A stretch of DNA of 29,078 nt from a virus (lineage: Duplodnaviria; Caudoviricetes). Both the position numbers and the translations under genes were made by a program. Under the pieces are notes generated by a model. The model had not been told where the DNA came from and ran no database searches. It worked only from the letters and a program-made list of their open reading frames with translations. Within the stretch, counting starts at the first letter, position 1; the number at the start of each line of letters is the position of its first letter. The stretch spans positions 1 to 29,078 of IMG/VR virus record IMGVR_UViG_3300027362_000022; one strand, given 5' to 3'. This document shows positions 16,202 to 24,015 of the stretch, piece by piece.

Positions 16202-19200
16202 ATGGCTAATACTCCTGACAACCCATTCATGGTGGCTGCTGACATAGCTAATATGCAAGCAGGTGCATCAGAATCTATTACAGACAACATTGGCAGCTTT
16301 ACCCACGCTGCGCTTGTCTCTGGTTTCGCCAGCATCTACAATACGGGCGCTGACCTTATCAATGTTTTCGGTGGAGATATTGAAAAGATTGATGTAGCAA
16401 AAAATCTAACTGATAACGATTCTGACCTTGGTGCTTACTACAAAGAGAACAAGAATGCTATTGATGTTGTTGGCTTTGCAGTAACTAGTCTTGTTCCTGG
16501 AGGACTAGCACTTAAGGGTTTGCAGATGGCTAAAGCAGGAACTCTTATTGGCCCCTATGGCCGCGCGCTGGGTTTCTTTAGTGACAACAGAACGAAGTAC
16601 TTAAATGCTGCTATTGAGGATCTAGCATCTAGTGGTGGCACCATCTACGGTCAGATTAATCGGAATAAGCTTCTTGCTATGGGTTGGGGTGCAGCCGACC
16701 AGATTCTACAGGTTGCCGCCTTTGAAACAGCCGTAGCTACTACCATGAAGCAGTCCCCACTCTTGGAGAAAGATGAATTTTCTACAGTTGTTGGGAACAT
16801 AATTAAAAGCAGCGTAGCTTTTGGTCTGCTTGGTGGTGGTATTGAAGCTATTGCCATCCACAGTGCATTCAAAGGTGCTAGCAAGATTATTGATTCAGAT
16901 ATGCGGAAGTATGACATACTTAAGCATACACAAGGTGACATGCCAGAAGGACACAAGGCATACTACCTTCTCCAGTCTATGCTGGAGCTGCCGAAGGAAG
17001 GCAAGAACCTTGAATACATGCACAGATTTCTCCCAGAAGGAGAGAAGATGGTGCTCCCAACTAAGGAAGCTTTTGAAGCTGCGAGAGAATCTGCAACTCG
17101 CAGAGGGTGGGGAGAATTGCGGGAGATGAGTAGCAAGATCGCAGGAGGTGATACTCCAATTGCTGATGCTTTTGCCCACTTTATAGAGAAGAAAGTGGTG
17201 GAAATGCAGCAAGCAGGAACACCTGATGACCAGATTCTAGACCTCATGCAGGGATATCTACTGAATGTTAGCAAAGTTAACAGAGTAGAGAAGGGTGCTG
17301 CTGATGGTTTGGGAAAGATTGGATATGTTACTGGGCAGCTTTCCACAGAAGCTCTTGCAAAGATACGAACTACTGATGACTTCCTTGCTGCTATTGTTAC
17401 TCGCGCCCCAACCTCTGATACTCTCTCCAAGACTCCATACGAGTTTGTAGGAGAAGCAAGAAACATTAAGATTGGACTTGTAGGAGAGAGTGCATCTGCG
17501 CCGGTAGAGGGAAACTTTGCTCGCTTTCTTAACCCTAGTGAGGCATTTGACGCAGGCTTTGATGCTGTGATGCTCAGAAATGGCACTGTTAGAATCAATC
17601 CAGAAAGCAAAGTGATTGTGCATCGTGCTGACCCCATACTTCTTCCTCGCCAGTACTTCCACATACCTACTGGTAGTTTCTCCTTCACTGCTTTTCCAAC
17701 CATTGCTGACCTTGCAACCAGTGCCAGACCTCTTTCCCTTGTAGGTAATAAGGATGCAGTAGTCGCAGGACTGGAAGGTGTGAAAGTAATGAAGCAGTTT
17801 GATGAGTTTCCACTCTCGGAGATTGACAGTATCCGCGCAAGTTCTCGATACGCTTGGGTTGCTTTCCAGAGTGGCAGAAAAGAAGAGTTTATAACGCAGG
17901 TTCCCGCGAAAGTAGCAGCTACTGACTTTCCTATGCTGGAGAGGATTTTCCAAGAAGGTGCATCAAAACATCTGACTGTGGAAATTGTAAATGCGGATGG
18001 AATTTCCAGGACGGTTGAAGATATTCTCAACTTTGGAACTTGGCTACGTGGGCAGAAACTCTCCAGTCTCCAACAGCACCTAGCAGAAAATGGTGCGGAG
18101 GACTTGCTTTCTCTTGGTGTGAAACTGAATGTAGAACCTAACTGGATTGGACGAGCAATAGCTTCCAATTTTGTAAACTCTGAAGAAGTTGCCGCAGGTT
18201 TCTCTATACCTCTGCACCGCTCCTTGTTTCCAGCCAACGTAGAAATGCGTTGGGACTTCTCAGGAAACATCAAACTTTCCAACGAGTTGGTGGCCAGCAA
18301 TCCTGCTCCAATAACAACAGTTATAGGTGGGAAGGAAGTTAAGGCTGTAACCAAAGATGCTGCAAATGTGATGGTGCAGCATCTTCCTGATGGTGCTGGA
18401 AACAGTATCTACGGTATTCTTGGTGCGGAGTATGCTGTCAAGATTGGAGAGCAGCAAGCAAATGATGCTTTTGGTGCTGTGTTTGGTGCAGAGAAGTTGC
18501 AGAGAATTGTGAAACTAGATGCAGATGCAGCTATCAAGATTGCAGACCAGAGAGGCGCTGGACCTTCTACTTTTGGCTTTGCTAACGCCGACTACGGTGA
18601 TCCTCTGCGTGCTACACTCCAGTATGATGGACAACTTGTAAACATTTGGACGAAGGAACGCAGTAACGCTAGCCTTACAGGATTCCAGGCAGGGTTTATA
18701 AAGATTGCTGATAACAAAGAAGCTGCGGCAGAACTTGGAATTCTTGATACTGCACTTAGAAAATCAGCTGAACAGTTTACAGTTCACCCAGAAAACAGTA
18801 AGATAATTATCAACATTAAAGCACTTGTTAAGAATGAAGATGGACAGAAGGTTGTTTCTAAAGAGAAATTAGAGAGCCTTAAGAAAGCTGGTATAAGGAC
18901 TACATTTGAAATAAAGAATGATGATGTAGCAGAACACATAAGTCGCTTCGTTGACATTAACAGGCGGTGGGTAGATGAAAGAAAAGTGCTATACGCTTCC
19001 AGAGGTTGGAACCTAAACTGGAATCCAGATGTTATCCATGTTCCTCCTGTAGATACAGGGCGCTTTCCTTTCTTTGCTTTTGTTCGCCAGAAACCTGGAT
19101 TCATTGGTGCAAGCAGTGAAGTTTCTATGATTACGGCTCGCACAGAATCACAGCTCCGCGCGCTTGCTGCGGAAGTTCCAATTAATGAGTTTGAGGTTAT

Positions 19201-21439
19201 CTTCAAGTCTGAGACTAAGGATTTCTACAAGGCGAAAGATAGCTACGATTATGCTCTTACAATCAAGGAACCACAGATAAATTCTGCTCTGGAGAAAGTT
19301 GGCAGACTTGCTAACTTTTTCCCAGAAACTAGTGCTGCGAATGTGATTGAGGATTACGTGCGCCACATTCAGAAGCAGGAAGCTTCCATCGTGCGCCTTG
19401 GTATGGAGACTGTGCGCTCTCAACTTTATGCTGACCTGCGCAGCCTTGGAAAGCAGTTTGAACAGATTGGAACCAGCAAAGCACAAGCTGATGTAAAGAA
19501 ATTCAAGTCCCAGATTGAGAACCCATTTGAAGAATACATAAAGATGGGATTGGATATTAGCAAGCGTAGTGAATACACACTTATGCACGAAGCTAATGAG
19601 TTTACAGAATCTCTTGGTAAGACTGCATACAGAGTGTTTGGAGAGAACAAAGAGAAAGCTCTCCAAAAGTTGCTGCCTTGGGAAGAAGCAAACAAGTTGG
19701 CTGAACGCTATGGTATTGCTGGTCCTTACAGAGATGCAGATGCTTACATTGCTGCTAACTCGCCAGCAGATAAGAGTCTGACGAAGGAGTTTGTAGCAAA
19801 AGCGAATATGTTTATGGTGAATTTCACCCTGCGTCTGGATATGGCGCAGAGCCTTATTAACATCATCTCTACACCCGTTTTGCTTTCTACAGAAATGGCA
19901 AGTATCCGGAACCTGGTAGCGAACGACTCTGCACTTGCTGGGAAGTTGAATGAACTCAGAAGCATTGCGGTTCCTGGGGAAAACTTCCGCGTTCCTTCTA
20001 CTGTAGGACTCATTGCTGGAGCAATCAAAGAGTTTTGGGGACCAGAAAAAAATGCTCTTATTGCTCGGTACACCAGCATTGGTGCTATCAAAGATACAAT
20101 GAGCAAGTATCATGAAATGATAGACCATCTTTCTGTGGTTCCAGGACAGGCTGTCAGTAAGTACAAGGAGCTTGGAGACAAGGCAGTAGAAATTGGTGCA
20201 AAATTCTCTGGTAATCTTTGGTCCGAAGAGTTTACACGCTTTGTAAGTGCCAATGTGATGCACCGCCTTACCGATCCTATTGTTGCTGCTGGAAAAATGA
20301 GCAAAGCAGAACAAGATGCCTACATGAGTATCTTTGTCAACCGTGTGCAGGGCAACTATTTAGCTTCCCAGCGCCCAATTGCATTTCAAGGTGTGCTAGG
20401 TGCAGCAGTTTCCCTCTTTCAAACCTACCAGTTTAACCTGCTACAGCAGTTGTTCCGCCATGTGGAGAACCAAGACAAACGGGCTGTGTTTACCCTGATG
20501 GGTATGCAAGGTGGACTCTATGGAATGAATGGAATACCATTCTTCGAGGCTACTAACAACTACCTCATTGGCCAGAGTAGTCTTAATCCTGCGCACAGAG
20601 ATGCGTATTCTGTTGCAGCTACAGGTTCCACAGCAATCACAGGTGGAACTGCAATGGGTGAGTGGATGATGTATGGAACTGCCAGCGCATTTCCTTTCTG
20701 GAGTTCTAATGCACCTGCACTCTACACCAGAGGGGATATTAACCCGCGCCATGTGACGATTCTGCCGATACTTCCTACTGACATTGTAGCTGTTGATGGT
20801 AGTATTCGGCTTGTGAAGAATCTTTGGGATTTGGGAAAGAAACTTGGTGGTGGTGCTGACATTTCTGGATCACTTTTAGAGGGGCTTGAACACAATGGAA
20901 TTAACAGACCGCTTGCGGGGTTCGCGCAGATTGTCACAGGACGGAGTACGACGAGTAAGGGTGGTATCATCAGTGCCAATAATGACTTCTTCTCTATTGC
21001 AACCCTTTCCAGGTTGGCAGGTGCTAAACCGATGGATGAATCTTTGGCGCTTAATACCTACTTCAGACTTCATGGATACCAAGCAGCAGACCAGCAGAGA
21101 TTGGAGGAACTTGGTGAGGTAGTAAAGACGAAGCTGAGGAAGAATCAGATGCCTACGCCTGAGGAACTAGGGGAGTTCCAGCGCAAGTATGCTGCAAGTG
21201 GTGGAAGAATTGAAAATTATGGAAAGGCGATACAACGGTGGAGTGTGGATGCGAATACATCCATTGTGAACAAGCTAATCCAGCAACACCAAAGTACTTA
21301 CAGCAAGAGGATGGTTGAAATTATGGGCGGAACTACTCTGCCAGATTACAGGAATTCTAGCAGAGTAGCCCGCACACAGCAAGCAGCCGGGACAGTAGGT
21401 GCGCTTGCATCGGAAGAAGAAGCTGAGGAAGTTCAGTGA
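16202..21439 (+). CDS. Large internal virion / DNA ejection protein
   Basis: 1745 aa, helical, last gene of the late operon; size and position match podoviral ejection proteins; no enzyme motif recognised. Confidence 0.65.
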   Translation: MANTPDNPFMVAADIANMQAGASESITDNIGSFTHAALVSGFASIYNTGADLINVFGGDIEKIDVAKNLTDNDSDLGAYYKENKNAIDVVGFAVTSLVPGGLALKGLQMAKAGTLIGPYGRALGFFSDNRTKYLNAAIEDLASSGGTIYGQINRNKLLAMGWGAADQILQVAAFETAVATTMKQSPLLEKDEFSTVVGNIIKSSVAFGLLGGGIEAIAIHSAFKGASKIIDSDMRKYDILKHTQGDMPEGHKAYYLLQSMLELPKEGKNLEYMHRFLPEGEKMVLPTKEAFEAARESATRRGWGELREMSSKIAGGDTPIADAFAHFIEKKVVEMQQAGTPDDQILDLMQGYLLNVSKVNRVEKGAADGLGKIGYVTGQLSTEALAKIRTTDDFLAAIVTRAPTSDTLSKTPYEFVGEARNIKIGLVGESASAPVEGNFARFLNPSEAFDAGFDAVMLRNGTVRINPESKVIVHRADPILLPRQYFHIPTGSFSFTAFPTIADLATSARPLSLVGNKDAVVAGLEGVKVMKQFDEFPLSEIDSIRASSRYAWVAFQSGRKEEFITQVPAKVAATDFPMLERIFQEGASKHLTVEIVNADGISRTVEDILNFGTWLRGQKLSSLQQHLAENGAEDLLSLGVKLNVEPNWIGRAIASNFVNSEEVAAGFSIPLHRSLFPANVEMRWDFSGNIKLSNELVASNPAPITTVIGGKEVKAVTKDAANVMVQHLPDGAGNSIYGILGAEYAVKIGEQQANDAFGAVFGAEKLQRIVKLDADAAIKIADQRGAGPSTFGFANADYGDPLRATLQYDGQLVNIWTKERSNASLTGFQAGFIKIADNKEAAAELGILDTALRKSAEQFTVHPENSKIIINIKALVKNEDGQKVVSKEKLESLKKAGIRTTFEIKNDDVAEHISRFVDINRRWVDERKVLYASRGWNLNWNPDVIHVPPVDTGRFPFFAFVRQKPGFIGASSEVSMITARTESQLRALAAEVPINEFEVIFKSETKDFYKAKDSYDYALTIKEPQINSALEKVGRLANFFPETSAANVIEDYVRHIQKQEASIVRLGMETVRSQLYADLRSLGKQFEQIGTSKAQADVKKFKSQIENPFEEYIKMGLDISKRSEYTLMHEANEFTESLGKTAYRVFGENKEKALQKLLPWEEANKLAERYGIAGPYRDADAYIAANSPADKSLTKEFVAKANMFMVNFTLRLDMAQSLINIISTPVLLSTEMASIRNLVANDSALAGKLNELRSIAVPGENFRVPSTVGLIAGAIKEFWGPEKNALIARYTSIGAIKDTMSKYHEMIDHLSVVPGQAVSKYKELGDKAVEIGAKFSGNLWSEEFTRFVSANVMHRLTDPIVAAGKMSKAEQDAYMSIFVNRVQGNYLASQRPIAFQGVLGAAVSLFQTYQFNLLQQLFRHVENQDKRAVFTLMGMQGGLYGMNGIPFFEATNNYLIGQSSLNPAHRDAYSVAATGSTAITGGTAMGEWMMYGTASAFPFWSSNAPALYTRGDINPRHVTILPILPTDIVAVDGSIRLVKNLWDLGKKLGGGADISGSLLEGLEHNGINRPLAGFAQIVTGRSTTSKGGIISANNDFFSIATLSRLAGAKPMDESLALNTYFRLHGYQAADQQRLEELGEVVKTKLRKNQMPTPEELGEFQRKYAASGGRIENYGKAIQRWSVDANTSIVNKLIQQHQSTYSKRMVEIMGGTTLPDYRNSSRVARTQQAAGTVGALASEEEAEEVQ

Positions 21440-21978
21440 GTCCCAGCAGCAGGAGAATTTGCAACCTTTTGAGCCTTTACAATAGTATCAAACTGTTGCA
21501 GCATTCCTAGAATATTCGGCGGAATCCAGCCTTCAGGCTTGAGAATCTTTCCATCTTCCCGCCGCACGACTTCATCCTTTACCTTCCTCATGTTTGCTTC
21601 CTGCACTAGGGAGAATGCAGTGTCGAAGGGAAGTCCCAACTCTACACAAACTCCCATAGTGACGTAGCAGAGGTCAGCACAAGAGTCTAGCACCTTTGCT
21701 AGATTTTCCATGCTGTAGTCGGTGGATAGAGCAGTAAGTTCCACCAACAGCTCCTGTTCACATTCCTCCACTATCAGACGTATCCGGCGCGTTATATCTT
21801 CAGGAGTAGCTTTCTCTCCGAAGCCTCGCGCAGGTAATCCTGCTAGTATGTGGAATACTCTTACCATATCGAACATGGTAGGATACTGTACTTCAGCTCT
21901 GCCCGACAGTGGGACATTTTGTACTTCTGCCCACTTCGGATTAGTTCCAGGCATTTTGCGATCTTGATTGTTAATCAA
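21433..21978 (-). CDS. MazG-like NTP pyrophosphohydrolase (PRA-PH / DR2231-like)
   Basis: RLIVEECEQEL...VLDSCADLCYV...VQEANMRK...REDGKILKPEGW; TTG start with AGGAG 6 nt upstream. Confidence 0.85.
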   Translation of the reverse strand: MINNQDRKMPGTNPKWAEVQNVPLSGRAEVQYPTMFDMVRVFHILAGLPARGFGEKATPEDITRRIRLIVEECEQELLVELTALSTDYSMENLAKVLDSCADLCYVTMGVCVELGLPFDTAFSLVQEANMRKVKDEVVRREDGKILKPEGWIPPNILGMLQQFDTIVKAQKVANSPAAGTH

Positions 21979-21995
21979 TTTTTTCTCCTAATATC

Positions 21996-22319
21996 TTATA
22001 GTGTGTTAAGTAACATTGCACTTGTACCTTCATTAACTGCGTTGCTTTTTTTCCTGTTGTGGTGCCTGTCAAGTTTTATCAACGCCAGAATAAACACTTT
22101 GTTGAAATCTTTTTTCCCCCAAAATGTAACAGCACTGGAGTCATCATGCAAAGGTCGATGCTTGAATGGTCCGCGCAGTTGGTGACTACCACTACCATCT
22201 GATACTGTTACTGGTAGTTCTAGGTAGAAACGAACACCTGTAAATGTTTGTCCATCAATATACTTCTCCACAATTTGAATTCGATCTGTTATTTCTTCTG
22301 CATACACATTAACTCTCAT
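21996..22319 (-). CDS. Hypothetical phage protein
   Basis: ATG at 22319 has AAGGAG 8 nt upstream; MRVNVYAEE...GVRFYLEL...DDSSAVTFW. Confidence 0.65.
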   Translation of the reverse strand: MRVNVYAEEITDRIQIVEKYIDGQTFTGVRFYLELPVTVSDGSGSHQLRGPFKHRPLHDDSSAVTFWGKKDFNKVFILALIKLDRHHNRKKSNAVNEGTSAMLLNTL

Positions 22320-22321
22320 GT

Positions 22322-22528
22322 TCACTGCTCCTTATATTCCTTCAAAAGTTGTAAATTTTTCCAACAAGATTCTGCTTCTTCTTTACTGTTAAAACGACCA
22401 ATAAATTTTCGAGGAATAGATTGTTCAAGTCTCCATAATTTACTCCTAGATTCAAACCAAATATATTTATCTTTTATATTAAAAGTTCTGTTAATCATAC
22501 TTTGGTGAGTTGTAGTCCAGTTCGTCAA
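22322..22528 (-). CDS. AP2-like DNA-binding fragment, possible homing endonuclease remnant
   Basis: IWFESRSKLWR...KFIGRFNSKEEAESCW resembles AP2 (V.W.KR..KWRA....YLG.F.T.EEAA.AY); AT-rich; start uncertain. Confidence 0.4.
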   Translation of the reverse strand: MTNWTTTHQSMINRTFNIKDKYIWFESRSKLWRLEQSIPRKFIGRFNSKEEAESCWKNLQLLKEYKEQ

Positions 22529-22539
22529 CTAAAATATTA

Positions 22540-23787
22540 TTAAGCATCTCTATATTCTTTTAATAAAGAATAATCTACGTAAAGCATCTTGCGATCAAGA
22601 GGTCGCTGACGCGGCAAGAATCCTTCACCTTTCACTACTTGAATCTTATCTGCATTCTGCAAATTCACCAGCAAGTTACTCAGATCACTTACCTTTTCCA
22701 AGTCATTACTTACTACCTTCCACAAAGATGGAAGTCCCAACGGCTTCTTTGTATCGTAGAGCACACTCATTATTTTATTAGCAGCTTCTGCGTTACGTGA
22801 TTTGCCAAACTCTCCGAGTGCTTTAGGCATGGAGGCTTCTGTATATGTGAGCAAACTATTCGCGAGCAGGATATCCTGCATCTCAAGAACGCGTGATAGT
22901 CTTGAGGCTCCACAGACAATACACAGCTTAAGTAAATGCGTGAATCGTCGAGTAGAGTAGTGCTTAAACCGTTGATCTTCAAGATCATGCCAGCTCCTAT
23001 AAATTATATCAAGTGCTCGCCGCGCATCTTCACGGATAACAATTGTGCCTGTTATTTTCTCTCGTATCTGCTGAAACATTGCTATCATTTCCGCACGTAA
23101 CTTCTCATCACCAGAATCTAGGAAGGTAAACTTCTTGCCACTAGGTTCAGAGTAGACAAGGATTTCCCTGCTGATTATTCCCTGACCTAAAGACTGTGGG
23201 GGAAACATTTCCTGAAAGCCTGTATGTGTATTGCCCCCAAGCTGTGAGATTGTAGGTTGGTAAATCTTCACACTTTTACTATTCTTTAGTCTGTAGGTAT
23301 AGAACATCTTAGGCTTGTCCCAGTCCCACAGGTCGCCAAGGTCAGAGAGAAACTCAAGGTCTCCTTTTGGAAGAAAGTTGTTGAACTCTGGTGCTACTAT
23401 CAGTACTTCTTGTGGATCATGACCAGCAGTTTCAATAGCATCACTTCCAAAAAGATTCTCAAATACAGCATCTGTTCCTTTCTTCCCTTCGCGCTCACCT
23501 TCCAAATCCATTAGAAACTTTTCTTTCCTGGTTTTAGTCGCACTGAAAGTAGTGTACCCTGCATCAAACAAGAGACTCATGACTGTATTTGTTGCAGTGT
23601 TTTTTCTTGTTCCAGGGTTTCCAATGAGCATTACATAGTGATTAGGGAAAACTCTGAAACGCCCCATGTCTATTAGTGCCCGGCGCCCGATGAAGGCACC
23701 AATAGCAACGACTAAACTCCACCGATAGTATATCAGCGGAGGTTCCGTTTTCTCTATATACTTAAAGAACAGGTCAAACAGATTCAC
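22540..23787 (-). CDS. DUF3987-like P-loop NTPase (putative replication helicase or primase-associated protein)
   Basis: EPP..YYRWS N-terminus, PNHYVMLIGNPGTRKNTA (Walker A variant), LIVAPEF (Walker B-like), possible C-terminal winged helix; lies downstream of the polymerase. Confidence 0.7.
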   Translation of the reverse strand: MNLFDLFFKYIEKTEPPLIYYRWSLVVAIGAFIGRRALIDMGRFRVFPNHYVMLIGNPGTRKNTATNTVMSLLFDAGYTTFSATKTRKEKFLMDLEGEREGKKGTDAVFENLFGSDAIETAGHDPQEVLIVAPEFNNFLPKGDLEFLSDLGDLWDWDKPKMFYTYRLKNSKSVKIYQPTISQLGGNTHTGFQEMFPPQSLGQGIISREILVYSEPSGKKFTFLDSGDEKLRAEMIAMFQQIREKITGTIVIREDARRALDIIYRSWHDLEDQRFKHYSTRRFTHLLKLCIVCGASRLSRVLEMQDILLANSLLTYTEASMPKALGEFGKSRNAEAANKIMSVLYDTKKPLGLPSLWKVVSNDLEKVSDLSNLLVNLQNADKIQVVKGEGFLPRQRPLDRKMLYVDYSLLKEYRDA

Positions 23788-23811
23788 GGCAGTAGCCGCA
23801 GGTGGCAGTAG

Positions 23812-24015
23812 CTACTTCCGCAGTTTGTGTATCCAGAATCTAACTACTGTTTTCCCTTCTGCGTCCACAAAAGTAGACTGTCTAACTTCAATGTTCTCTG
23901 GCTTTGTATCTGGGTGCCGTTTGAAGTACTGTGCTACCAAACAAGTTATGTTTTGGCTAAGTGTGTCAGATGCTTGTTTTGCTATTTCTGAAGGTGTTAG
24001 TGCTGCTGCTGTCAT
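23812..24015 (-). CDS. Hypothetical protein
   Basis: 67 aa, ATGA overlap with the polymerase stop and GGAG upstream. Confidence 0.55.
   Translation of the reverse strand: MTAAALTPSEIAKQASDTLSQNITCLVAQYFKRHPDTKPENIEVRQSTFVDAEGKTVVRFWIHKLRK

Noticed and set aside
16651-20979. Long antisense ORFs (e.g. 16963-18354, 19148-20314; also 49-837, 13117-13914, 15378-16202)
   Set aside because: They lie opposite well-supported genes, have no recognisable motifs and are best explained as shadows of codon bias.
16202-21439. Virion RNA polymerase (N4- or crAss-like)
   Set aside because: No DxDxD or single-subunit RNAP motifs were recognised, and it is far shorter than the N4 enzyme.
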